Origin: Oopsacas minuta
Taxonomy: Eukaryota > Animalia > Porifera
NCBI GenBank assembly: GCA_024704765.1
Contig: JAKMXF010000310.1
Location: 782,400 to 846,399 of the forward strand
DNA length: 64,000 nt
Direction: 5' to 3'
Both the position numbers and the translations under genes were made by a program. Below the pieces are notes generated by a model, which saw only the letters and a program-made list of their open reading frames with translations, did not search any database and had not been told where the DNA came from. Below are positions 1-10,768 of this stretch, piece by piece (the first letter of the stretch is position 1; each line of letters begins with the position of its first letter).

Positions 1-885
1 GTGAGTTCACCATTTGGGCGGTCTGCTCGTGCACACACTAGTCTCAAAAACATCTCCTCAATGCCTCAGAAAATCCTCCCAAAGATATTCGTTGCTATCG
101 AAAAGTACAATGCGCAGGATGAATCATGTGTATCCTTCAAGGATGGAGACAATGCTACACTGATTGAGAAAAGTCAGGATGGATTGTGGTCATTCGTACG
201 TGTGAATGCAAAGGAGGGGTGGTCACCTTCTGATCACTGGAAGCCTATAGCTTTGAAGAAACCTGGAATAGCACCACCACCAAACATTAAACCGACTAGA
301 CTCACCAAGACAGTTGCTACTTCTGTTGAGACTCCTTCTCCAGCTTCAAGGAGACTAAGTAGTTACGAGAAGAGACCACTCCCTGTCCCTCCAGCAAGGA
401 ATCATAACAAGACAACAGATTTCAATTCGACTGCACCAGCTAGCTCCAGACTAGGATTGGATCTCCCTGATATACCTCATCGTACCAAATCTCCTAAGAC
501 CTTAGTAACACAATTGCAGCCTCTCTCAAGAGATGTAAGTAAATCACAGCATAAGGATAATCACGATCAGTATCTGTGGGGTAAAATGACACGTAAAGCC
601 TGTGAGGACCTTCTCCTACAGCGTGCTAAACAGGGGGAGTTCATATTCCGAGAGAGTCCCAATCGAGAGGGAGAGTTGGTGCTCTCAATGCGCTACCATT
701 ACAGAGTTCATCATTTCAATATTAAGCAGGAAGACAGCTGGTTCTGTATAGGTGAGAATTTCCGCGTGAAATCCCTCACCGAAATAATCTCACATTTCCA
801 GAAAACTCCAATCGCTTCTTACAAAGAACACGGTGATAAATTAATTGACGTATTCTTATCTCGACCACTTGATAAGAATAACTAG
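1..885 (+). CDS. SH3-proline-rich-SH2 adaptor protein (Nck-like SH2); probably 5'-truncated by window edge
   Basis: SH3 (FVAIEKYNAQDESCVSFKDGD...GLWSFVRVNAKEGWSPSDH), PxxP-rich linker, C-terminal SH2 (WGKMTRKACEDLL...GEFIFRES...VHHFNI...LTEIISHF) retaining the FLVRES-type Arg. ORF is open from base 1. Confidence 0.8.
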   Translation: MSSPFGRSARAHTSLKNISSMPQKILPKIFVAIEKYNAQDESCVSFKDGDNATLIEKSQDGLWSFVRVNAKEGWSPSDHWKPIALKKPGIAPPPNIKPTRLTKTVATSVETPSPASRRLSSYEKRPLPVPPARNHNKTTDFNSTAPASSRLGLDLPDIPHRTKSPKTLVTQLQPLSRDVSKSQHKDNHDQYLWGKMTRKACEDLLLQRAKQGEFIFRESPNREGELVLSMRYHYRVHHFNIKQEDSWFCIGENFRVKSLTEIISHFQKTPIASYKEHGDKLIDVFLSRPLDKNN

Positions 886-3524
886 ATCCAGTTGTTATTA
901 TGAACTATGTGTATACTGCTTTTATTTATGTATGTATATATTTATGTTGTTTGAAATGATTTTATATATGCTAATTTATGATGTACGTATATGTTAATTT
1001 TATTTGTTTTTTGAGATTAATTGTTTGCACTTGATTTAACGAGTGATTTGAATTTTAACTACCTGTAATTAATAATATGAATTATACCGTATTACAAATA
1101 TTAACTCGGTAATGCCGTGAGAATATTATGTTTACTATAAAGTGTACTTGATGTTCATACTTGTTTTTGTTTGTGTATTCAACTCCTTGCAATAATCCAG
1201 AAATTATTAGTAGCAAACAACAGCGTCACGCGCTTAGGGTTTAATTACGTAATTAATTATTCAAACAGGCTTGATTCTAAGTATTCCACATCTTTTTCTT
1301 GTGGAAAATGCATTTTATCTCTGGATCTAACAGGTTCTGATAAATAAAATGTATAACTGACTGAGTGAAGGTTGGTCCTTTTAATAACTTCTACCATTAA
1401 TTCATCGACTTTTATACTATTGAGTATTGACAGAATGATTCAGTACATATAATTAGGTAATAAACTAAATTGGTTCAATTTTACCCGATAGATCTTGTTT
1501 GGGTGAAAATCTTGCATGAATTCGAAGCAGAAATATAAATCTTCATAATCGGGCATGACAACATCTTTCTCAATCAGATTGGATGTCTGTCTCTAAAATA
1601 TCTCCCATCTATAGTTTGAACTTCTCGATGGACAATAGATAGAAGATATTTTAAGCAAGGTAGATAGATAAACACAACGTATGAATAAATTTTTCGATCT
1701 ATCAACAACGAAAATTATGTTTGAATTATAAAACTTCCAAGTATTCGAAGCTACGTGGCTCATAGTGCTGAGTTCACCGAGGGAGATTTTGCATCACCTC
1801 AGGGTGTGGAATTGTTCCAAGTGTCGAGCCTCGTGAAAGCGCACTAGTACAATATTAACATCATTTGGTTTTTGTTTGTTGGAGTTAATTAGTTCTCGTA
1901 GATCTTGTAATTTTCGTTGTCATAAGATTGTTCGTGGTCTCTATGAAGTGTAAACCACTAGATTAAGCAGCACAATATATTCCTGATCATAGTTATGCAG
2001 TTCGAACAAGAAAGTTATTTCCACGAATAATTATGCACAAAAATTGCAAAATCTACAGTAATTTATTTCATCCGCGGTACACTACTAAAATATTCAGCGA
2101 TTTAACCTGCTGCACCTCTGGATATCATTATACTTTCTTACTCCATATTTAAAGTTAGGAAGGTTGTGATTCCTCTATTACATAGTCCTTCATCTAATCA
2201 TCAGTCTAGATAACTAGCTACACGCTACTCCTATACATTTATGATTTATGCATAAATCTAGTGAAAGTCTACTATTTTTCATAACTCGTCATGAATGATA
2301 CGTATCGATTTCTTAGTAAATTACGTAATTACATTCTTTTCTCCATTTCCTGTTGCACCATATACTTCCTGAGAAAACCTGTTAATGACGTCTGTCATAG
2401 TCACAAGATATGGTAATTTTTAAATACGTATTAAGTAATATAATACATACATCGTCTACTTATATCTCATCAAACTACTACTTAAGTTAGGCCACTCTTC
2501 CATACATGTAATTGTCAAATTTATACTTGTTTTGAATTTATTCGATATTTATTTGGGAGATTTCCATTACCGCTATTATTGCTCAATTCAATCAATGTTA
2601 GTCATCATACTTCATATATTCACTTAATTGATATTTTTTGTTGTAATAAAATTCTTATTAGAAATACGTATCTGTAATTAGAGAATTTGTTCATACCATT
2701 TGAAAGCAGTGTAGTGATGTAAAGGAAGTTTAATTTTGAATGAGATTACAACTTTGCAAGATGGCAGTAATAGATCAAATTATGCAACCTGTTGAAATTT
2801 GCAGTTGTAGTCGGGATCGTTTATATGGAGGCAGTAACAACTGATGTTCCAAGAATTGATAATTGGTCCCTGACCTAATTATCCTGGCTATGTCACTGTG
2901 TCATCTATAATTTGTACATCCCTGCTCTCTATCTTTTATTATGATTGAAACTATAGTATATCTGTATAAGGTAATATACCAGAACATGTTTTGTTGAGCA
3001 TGGGTTCAGTGGAAAATTTTCGAACAAAACGATTCCCATTTTCAGATTATTTCAACTTCAGTAGACCCTCGCTAATCCCAACTGAGCTTGAAGGTTATAC
3101 AAATTTTCTAGATCCTATAGTATTGTTTCCATTTCGCAAATCCGAACGATTTATTTTGCAATTGGAACAGTGCTGTTTGGATTAGCGAGAGTGTCCTGTA
3201 TTTTAACTCAATTTTGTTTTTAAAACTTCAATACTTCTCCAGTTGTTGAGGACTGCGAAGTACAAATCTATTCAACTTCGATCTATAATTCGATGCCATC
3301 ATTTAGAACCCCACACCACTGTCTTGTGATGATCACTTTTCCAACAACATCATAATAATGAATAAATTCGAAATATTATTGGATTATTGAGTAATTGTAT
3401 TGTGTTAGATATCAAGAGAAGATTTACACTAGTGTAATCAACTAATGAGTGAGGAGCGATCTAAACTAATTAGATATTACAAAGTTTCAATTTTGAGAAT
3501 ATTACACACAAGCCGACTTACACA

Positions 3525-6500
3525 ATGAGTACAATCTGTCAACTCATGTCCGATGACTTCGTGTACATCGGTCCTATAGGGGTAGGAACATTTGGTACTG
3601 TAGTCCGTGCTACCTGGAAAACTAAGGAGAAAGAGGTAGCTATAAAACGGTTACCTACTCTCAACCCTGAGAACCGAGAGATCCAGGTCCTCACCTCTCT
3701 CCGACACAAGAACATCATACAATTCTTCGGATTAGTTCGTGACAACAACGGATATGGGATTGTAACAGAATTAGCTGAAAATGGTTCTCTATACGATTTT
3801 CTACGTATAAAAAACAAAGCTAACGAAACACTAGATTATGATCGTGTTATCCTTTGGGCATTGGATATTGCCCGCGGTATGGAGTACCTTCATTTCCAAG
3901 CACCACAGACTGTTATACACAGAGACCTAAAGTCTAAGAACGTTGTTATCAATAGCAAATTCATGTGTAAGCTGTGTGACTTTGGTTCATCAAAGTTCCA
4001 GCAGAATTCCCTTAGAGAGGCTAGCACTTCTATTGCAGGGACTATGGCATGGATGGCTCCTGAAGTAATAAAAGAATCCCTGGTTATTGAGGCATCTGAC
4101 ACCTACTCATTCGCTATTGTTCTATGGGAGTTGCTGACCTGTAGAGTGCCTTATGATAGTCTTGAGAACATACAGGTGGCCTGGCTTGTGGCTATGAAAG
4201 GGGAGAGACCTCACCTCCCAGCTGAAGTACCTCAGAAGTTCAAAATGCTAATTCAGAACTGTTGGAAAGAGGATCACAAAGAGAGACCTAACTTCCAATT
4301 CCTAGTCAAGAACTTGGACAATCTAAAACTGGACCGTGATCTCCAGGAGAAGACCGCTCTCTTCCTGTGTAATCCTGAGAAGTGGCGGCTAGATATCGGA
4401 GATAAGAATGAGAAGCTCATGAAGCAGAGTAACGAGCTAACTGATAAGGAGAAGCAGCTACAGATCTGGGAGAGACAGCTTAACATTAAAGAGAAGAAAT
4501 TATTCAAAAAGGAGCGGCGACAGCAGTCTCAGAACACCTACCAGTCCCTGGAGAAGTGGACACCTAAACGGGTATACGAATGGATACGGGAGTTACGTAA
4601 GGGGGAGGGAGACGAGCTAGAGGATCAGTACGTAGAGCTAGCTAACAGATTCTATGCAGAGAGTATAGACGGTAGAGCTCTGATGTTACTGGGAGAGGAG
4701 GATCTGATTAAAATGAAGATAACAGGACTAGGTATAAGAATAGATCTCTTGGACTCTATCAAGGAGCTACGTGTATCTAACCAGAACCTTATGAACTTCC
4801 CTCCGTTAGCTGTAACGCTACCTACATTCACTCCACAGACCGTACAGAATCAATCTCTCAAGGTTGTAGAGATTATATTAATATTCGGCAGTATATGTAG
4901 AGTTAATACAGATATACCTCGTGAGAACAAATGGAAACTGTACTTAGAATTAGATGGCGATGAGAGTGCTATTCCTACTGTACAGTCAGTTCAATTTGTT
5001 ATTAATGACAAGAACTGGGACATAACTCTAACCAGACCTCCCTTCATTATGAACAGATGGCTGACAGCTGATAAACTAGGTATGACAGAGTGTAGAGTGT
5101 TATATGATGACCTCATAGTAGTTACTCCTGTAGAGAGTACTCATCTATTCACCCCGGACACAAGAGATGTTACAACTGAGGTTAAGATTACCCTTAAAAT
5201 TAAAACCACAAGTATGACACGTATGACGCCACACAACTCTCTTACCACGTCTGAATTATCTGTACCTACCATGGTTACTACCTCCTCTAACCAATTTGAG
5301 TTTTCTAGTGAGCTTAACCGCAGTGGCTCCAGTAATCTAATTGAGTACAAGGGAATAGAGCTTGTAGGTAGTTGGGCTAACCGGAGTCCTGGTAGTCTAG
5401 CCAGGATGATATCAAGTCAGACATGTCCTAAAAGGATCGTTAAGGGCGGTCCTATACCCACGAGCTATAGTACTACTAATCTACATCCTAATTCATCTAC
5501 TCGTTCTCAGTCTAGCATGTCTCATGTGTCTCCTCGTCTTTCTCACGGCTCCAGCAGTCTAGCCTCCTCTCCTTCTAATTCCATTAATATGAGGTTTAGC
5601 TCCCCTAGTCGGTGTTCCTCCAGGACTCCTGTCTCCCAGAGTATGTCACGTTCTGCTACTCAGTCATTCAGTCCAACCCCCATGTCACAAACCCCCCGCG
5701 AAAAGAGACACTCACTTCCCGCCAAGCACCATCAGATCCCCTCCCCTATGGTTAAGAAATCCTTCCGGTACGAGTCTAATTCCAATAGGCTGGAGAGTCC
5801 GGTTGAGAGAGACGACCACATGGTAAACGGGGTGGAGCCTAACAACGGGAGGGAGCACTACACCAAAGATAAAAATACTCAATGGGAGAGGACACATATG
5901 CCTAGCTTAAAATCAGAGGATTCATATCAGAGATATAGCAGTGATACTAGTTCTGTAGATAACTCTAACAGGTCACGAACTGGTACCCCACAGCACAGAG
6001 ATAGGAGACCTGACAGGAGAGCTAATTATCCAAGGAGGAATAATAGGAGAAGAGATGATACCAGGGATTATAAGAGAGATGATACCAGGGATTATAAGAG
6101 AGATGATACCAGGGATTATAAGAGAGATGATACCAGGGATTATAAGAGAGATTATACCAGGGATAATAAGAGAGATGATACCAGGGATATTAAGAGAGAT
6201 GATACTCTGAGGAGGAGAGATGCTCCAAGAGAATATGGTGGGACAGATAAGAAGGGCCAGCATTTTCGGAGAGACGATAGAACTAACAATCGGAAGGATA
6301 GAGATTCCAGGAAGTGGGAGGAGGGTAAGAAAGACAGAGATATATACGATTCCTCACAATATCGCCGCAGTTCTATTCCATACCAAACATCCAACTCACT
6401 CGAAGTTAAAAAGAAACCCCCCGAGACTGAGAACGATTCAGACTCAGAATGGACTGTCGTTGCTAAGAACAAATCCAAAAATAAACCAAATTACTACTGA
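3525..6500 (+). CDS. MAP3K20: ZAK-alpha (MAP3K20/MLTK)-type MAP3K, single exon
   Basis: TKL kinase (GVGTFG, VAIK, HRDLKSKN, CDFG, GTMAWMAPE), coiled coil (LTDKEKQLQIWERQL), SAM domain (WTPKRVYEWI...IDGRALMLL...LGIRIDLL), NFPPL motif, ZAK sensor-like domain (KWKLYLELDGDESAI...LTRPPFIMNRW), long Ser-rich tail ending SEWTVVAKNK. Confidence 0.9.
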   Translation: MSTICQLMSDDFVYIGPIGVGTFGTVVRATWKTKEKEVAIKRLPTLNPENREIQVLTSLRHKNIIQFFGLVRDNNGYGIVTELAENGSLYDFLRIKNKANETLDYDRVILWALDIARGMEYLHFQAPQTVIHRDLKSKNVVINSKFMCKLCDFGSSKFQQNSLREASTSIAGTMAWMAPEVIKESLVIEASDTYSFAIVLWELLTCRVPYDSLENIQVAWLVAMKGERPHLPAEVPQKFKMLIQNCWKEDHKERPNFQFLVKNLDNLKLDRDLQEKTALFLCNPEKWRLDIGDKNEKLMKQSNELTDKEKQLQIWERQLNIKEKKLFKKERRQQSQNTYQSLEKWTPKRVYEWIRELRKGEGDELEDQYVELANRFYAESIDGRALMLLGEEDLIKMKITGLGIRIDLLDSIKELRVSNQNLMNFPPLAVTLPTFTPQTVQNQSLKVVEIILIFGSICRVNTDIPRENKWKLYLELDGDESAIPTVQSVQFVINDKNWDITLTRPPFIMNRWLTADKLGMTECRVLYDDLIVVTPVESTHLFTPDTRDVTTEVKITLKIKTTSMTRMTPHNSLTTSELSVPTMVTTSSNQFEFSSELNRSGSSNLIEYKGIELVGSWANRSPGSLARMISSQTCPKRIVKGGPIPTSYSTTNLHPNSSTRSQSSMSHVSPRLSHGSSSLASSPSNSINMRFSSPSRCSSRTPVSQSMSRSATQSFSPTPMSQTPREKRHSLPAKHHQIPSPMVKKSFRYESNSNRLESPVERDDHMVNGVEPNNGREHYTKDKNTQWERTHMPSLKSEDSYQRYSSDTSSVDNSNRSRTGTPQHRDRRPDRRANYPRRNNRRRDDTRDYKRDDTRDYKRDDTRDYKRDDTRDYKRDYTRDNKRDDTRDIKRDDTLRRRDAPREYGGTDKKGQHFRRDDRTNNRKDRDSRKWEEGKKDRDIYDSSQYRRSSIPYQTSNSLEVKKKPPETENDSDSEWTVVAKNKSKNKPNYY
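6051..6206 (+). repeat. 24-bp coding tandem repeat, about 6.5 copies (RDDTRDYK)n
   Basis: AGAGATGATACCAGGGATTATAAG four times exactly, then two single-substitution copies and a partial copy. Confidence 0.95.
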
Positions 6501-6731
6501 ATAGATCTTACACCACTGCATTGACAATACCCTGCTTTCATTCCGCTTCTAGACACTGTTCTAATTTTTTAGACATAATTTATTAGACATTTTCTTTTTG
6601 ATGTATGTATTGCAATTTATCTCAATTTATTCAGTAATTAACCTGTAACATACCTAGTGCAATAGTTAATTTATTATTAAACTAAAATAGTGTTTATTTG
6701 ACAATTAATTATTTTCACAAGATACTACGTA

Positions 6732-6888
6732 CAGTCAACTCTTGTTAGATAGAAATACCCGCTTATATGGAAGTCTGAAATTGTATAAATATGGTCCCAA
6801 ACTGTCAAAGTAAAATCGAATTAATCGTATTTTGAAGTAATTAATTAACGCTGCTGCCCTTGAGCTTCGATATGAGGAGACTTGACTG
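6732..6888. mobile_element. Tc1/mariner(pogo)-type MITE
   Basis: TA|CAGTCAACTC...GAGACTTGACTG|TA; imperfect TIRs with TA TSD; same family as 60194-60342. Confidence 0.7.
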
Positions 6889-8001
6889 TATATAGTTGTT
6901 TCTACCCGAGGGAGCGAGGCGGAGGCTAAAGAAACTATGTCTTGTTTCAGTATGGATACTGAATAATGACGAGTTTATCGATCTATTTTGGATAGATTGG
7001 AAACATATTAGATATCCTTTATGATTATAGGGTTGCAGGACGTCCGGTTTGGGGAGGAAATTGTCTGGGTTTATTTCTTGTGAAGTACATCCCTAGTTCC
7101 TAAACCCTAGATGAACACATATTTCCCCTAGAAATTTTTCGGGTTAGAGAAAGAATGAAATACTAGTAGGTGGAGAATACAAGCGTTCGGATAACTGAAG
7201 TTCTACTGTCGATTTGAAAATATCAAAATTGGAATCTACATATTCGATTACCCCTGAATTGAAGTTGAAACGATATCTCTAGCATAATTTGAAAGTTATG
7301 CAAAAGGATGTGAAAATATGATTAATCATGTAGATATACCCTGCATGAACGAAAGTATTCAGCCACTGCTAAAATTTCCATACAATTATTTCTAATCTCG
7401 TCTATTCTTGAGGGCAATAAAGTAAAACTGTAAGATTTAGAATATGTCCCATGCCAAATTTGGATTCAGCGTATTTAAATTCCTCAGTATACAGACTTCC
7501 TATTTAGATACTAAAGGGTAATACTGAATATTCACTTTATGCCCTTTACACCCATTATACATTTGCTGATAGGTTTAACTAAGTGATACAAGGTTGGAAA
7601 TTTTCAAACTTATTTGTGAGTATTTGATAGAAATCTTAGAAACTGATTTATCAGAATTGTAGATTGCGAATTTGATATACCAAATATCCTCTGAATAATA
7701 ATATTTTATTGTATTGAAAGTAAAGGCTAGATTCACTATAGTATTATTTGTACCAAAATTATAGATATGGGCCCCCGAATTTATGAAAGATTGAGTATAC
7801 TGTTATTCCTCTTTATCAGCAACCTCCGAGAGATTCAATTTCTAACTGAATTTAGTGTGTTTGTAGATTGTATTTCCACACTCTAACTTCATATGATTAG
7901 AGATACTTTACGCTGTATAACTCGGGTAGGATGAGTAGCTTAATATTTTGTAATTTGTAAACTTACCTACTAAATCCTAAATCCTAAATTCAATCAGGGA
8001 C

Positions 8002-9594
8002 ATGAAGTCTGTAGCTACTTCTTCTACTTCTTGCTCCAGCCACCAACTGAGTGGTTGGTTCAGTGATACTGCTAAGAGACAACCTTTCTCTTTGTCAGCA
8101 TGGAGAGAGATGGGAGGGACAATAGAGGATAATCCACCGCGTGCTAATTACCACTTTATATCATCTAAAAGGAAAAGAGGAGAGATACCCTCTGGCATTC
8201 GTTATGTATTCTCTACAAATATGTTCTATGACAACCAGAAACCAAAGGGAAGAGCGTTATTCTACCATCTACAGGCACCAGAAAGTGACTACAACAATAG
8301 GACTAAGAGTTCAATTGATTTTGAATTATTCCCTCAATCTTCTGTAAAATCTAATGATACTACTATTACAAATGGAGATCTGGATGTGTTCTCTGAATTG
8401 GAAGACATGAAAAATTTCTCAAAAGATGATTTTAGTCCTCCTACACTGATACCTATAACCGAGTCTCAATTTTCCTTCTCACCTCATTCCCTCCATAAAC
8501 AATCAAGTGATGGTGATATACCTGCCAATTTGTCACTGAATACATCCTCAGAGGCTGACATATCTACAACACCTACTTCTGCACATATATCTTCAAGGTT
8601 ACCTTCACAACCTCTTAAATCGCTTGAGGATATGTTCAGCACATCCCAAGACACCCAACAGAATATTACTATATTTAATACACATACGTGTATATCTAGT
8701 AATACAGAGAAATCAATTTCACAGGAGTTCCTTGCTCCAACTCCCTCGCGACCTATTGCCAATCCTATTCACTCCATAGCTGAAGAGGAAGAGATTAATT
8801 ATTCTGAGAAATCTGTAGATATTTCACCGACAGAAGAAATTCTTAATTATTCAAAATCTGAATTCAGTTCGCCTTCACCGTTATCTATGAATGAGTCTCA
8901 ATTCTACTTCTCGTCACCACCCGCTAAACGACAGTGTAGGAATGAATTACCTACAGATCTGTTATTACATACTCCCTCACCATCAGATGATGAGCTAAGA
9001 ACATCAGATCATAGACCCTTATCTCCTACTTCACAACATTCATTACCATTTAATGATATTGATATCTTTAAATCTACTCCATCTGATACACAATTGGATA
9101 CAGATATTATTTGTGATAATAATTTGGATGTTATTGTTAGTTCACGTCAATCTCCAAGGACAGGAAATGTTAGTTCTCAAGAATTCTTTACTCCTAATGT
9201 TCCCCTCTCTGTTAATACAGTCATCCGCTCAATAGTTAAAGAACATGCGACCTCTCCTCTAAGAGAGGATGTAGCCTCTTCAGGATCTCCCCCAGATAAA
9301 GAGTGTCCCCTCTCTCCCTCTGATAAGGGGAATCCCCTCTCTCCCTCTGATAAGGGGAATCCCCTCTCACCATTGCCTACAGATCATATGATTCCAGAGA
9401 AAACACCCTCACCAATTCTATTTATAAATGATAAATGCTCAGATTCTACTACTACTTCAGATATAAGCCTAGAGCTATCTCCCAGTAGTGTTCTATTGAG
9501 TTATCATGATATAGTCTCTGGGAGTATAAAGAGAGCTTTGAGCTACTTCTCAGAGGACGAATTGACATTCCTTAAGAAGTATAATAAATGTTAG
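8002..9594 (+). CDS. Protein with N-terminal BRCT-like domain (TERB2-like) and long Ser/Pro/acidic disordered region
   Basis: GWFSDT...AWREMGGTIEDNPPRANYHF resembles, from memory, the TERB2/BRCT N-terminus (GWF..S.....W..EGGTIS.P..ADFLF). 530-aa single ORF; NLS-like PPAKRQCR. Confidence 0.6.
   Translation: MKSVATSSTSCSSHQLSGWFSDTAKRQPFSLSAWREMGGTIEDNPPRANYHFISSKRKRGEIPSGIRYVFSTNMFYDNQKPKGRALFYHLQAPESDYNNRTKSSIDFELFPQSSVKSNDTTITNGDLDVFSELEDMKNFSKDDFSPPTLIPITESQFSFSPHSLHKQSSDGDIPANLSLNTSSEADISTTPTSAHISSRLPSQPLKSLEDMFSTSQDTQQNITIFNTHTCISSNTEKSISQEFLAPTPSRPIANPIHSIAEEEEINYSEKSVDISPTEEILNYSKSEFSSPSPLSMNESQFYFSSPPAKRQCRNELPTDLLLHTPSPSDDELRTSDHRPLSPTSQHSLPFNDIDIFKSTPSDTQLDTDIICDNNLDVIVSSRQSPRTGNVSSQEFFTPNVPLSVNTVIRSIVKEHATSPLREDVASSGSPPDKECPLSPSDKGNPLSPSDKGNPLSPLPTDHMIPEKTPSPILFINDKCSDSTTTSDISLELSPSSVLLSYHDIVSGSIKRALSYFSEDELTFLKKYNKC
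9307..9368 (+). repeat. 27-bp coding tandem repeat (PLSPSDKGN), 2.3 copies
   Basis: CCCCTCTCTCCCTCTGATAAGGGGAAT twice, plus a partial copy. Confidence 0.9.
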
Positions 9595-10768
9595 TACAGT
9601 ATATCACTTATCTAGTTGATTTATAATATAATCATTTTATCAAATTACAGTAGATCCGTTTAATAACTTGTGACCATGGGCTTATTGCTTTGTATTCGTA
9701 GAATATTTTTCGGAATACATTGAATTTTCTTAACCACAATGTGGAAATTCATTGTAAACAACGAAGATGCCACAATATTTAGTACTTTTTAGCTGAAAAT
9801 CGAAGGACCATAAGCGTTTCCACAACTTGGGAATAAAATGTTGACTATAATGTTGAGCTCTAATTTCTAAACTGAAAAATATAGTTTAATAATCCAAATA
9901 TTTCCATAAAGAAGCACCTTCGCGTTGCTTTAAAGTAACGGAACGGCGTTCCCCTCCGTCCCTCCCAATACACCCCTGGCCCAGTGGCGGATCTCTCAAT
10001 TTTCTAGTATTCTAGTGGGATCGGAACGTAGCCCCGCCCTTAGACAACAATAATTACTACCACATTAACCTTTCTACTGTCACCTAGGTTATCTTGAAAC
10101 AATTTGTCCTAACTGCGTAGTACACATTTTGTTGGAGTGTTTCAGATTGACTTTTGTGCTTGACAGGATACATTTGATCAGGGCAATAGTAATACTCGAA
10201 AATATTACTCCTTAGATCAATACAAAGCTATATCCCTGATATTTTTGTGAGATCACGTAATATTGAGGTTAAAATGCGAGTAACCGAGCCAAAATTTTAG
10301 AGTTTGCAATTTGAGCCAAATATTGCAGTGAATTAATAATATAATATATTAATGATTTAATTCCACAATTATCTTATGTTATGTTTGGCTACTCTGCTGG
10401 GATATCCTTATTCCCAGTTAGCTTGAGTCAGTACAAGAATAGAGATCGAATTTTTCGAATATGGTAGTACAAGTTATGGGTACAAATGTTGGTTAGACCA
10501 GGATTTGGCTATTCACTTGGAGCAGGGTTGATAAAAATCATGATTTTTTTAAAAAAATCAAAAAAATCGGATTTTTTTTATTTAAATCGGATTTTTATTA
10601 ATTTAAATCCGATTTTGTTTGACAGCTGACTGAACCATCCGGCCGTATCACCTGTCCTTGTTATAATAATGTATGCGTATTTATGAATTGTGAAGATTGA
10701 TACATATAAATAAATGAATACATAATTGTGGTCTATCTCGTAGAATATAGTGTAGAAAATAGAATAAT

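Noticed and set aside
5973-6478. Minus-strand ORFs (IPGIISL repeats) and + strand 6220-6504
   Set aside because: Shadow frames of the ZAK 24-bp repeat and tail. The same applies to most short ORFs overlapping RUVBL2, the kinase-Kelch gene, PUDP and the transposases.
7968-7990. Telomere-like repeat (TAAATCC)n upstream of the TERB2-like gene
   Set aside because: Only about 2.5 copies and not TTAGGG; expected by chance in AT-rich DNA.
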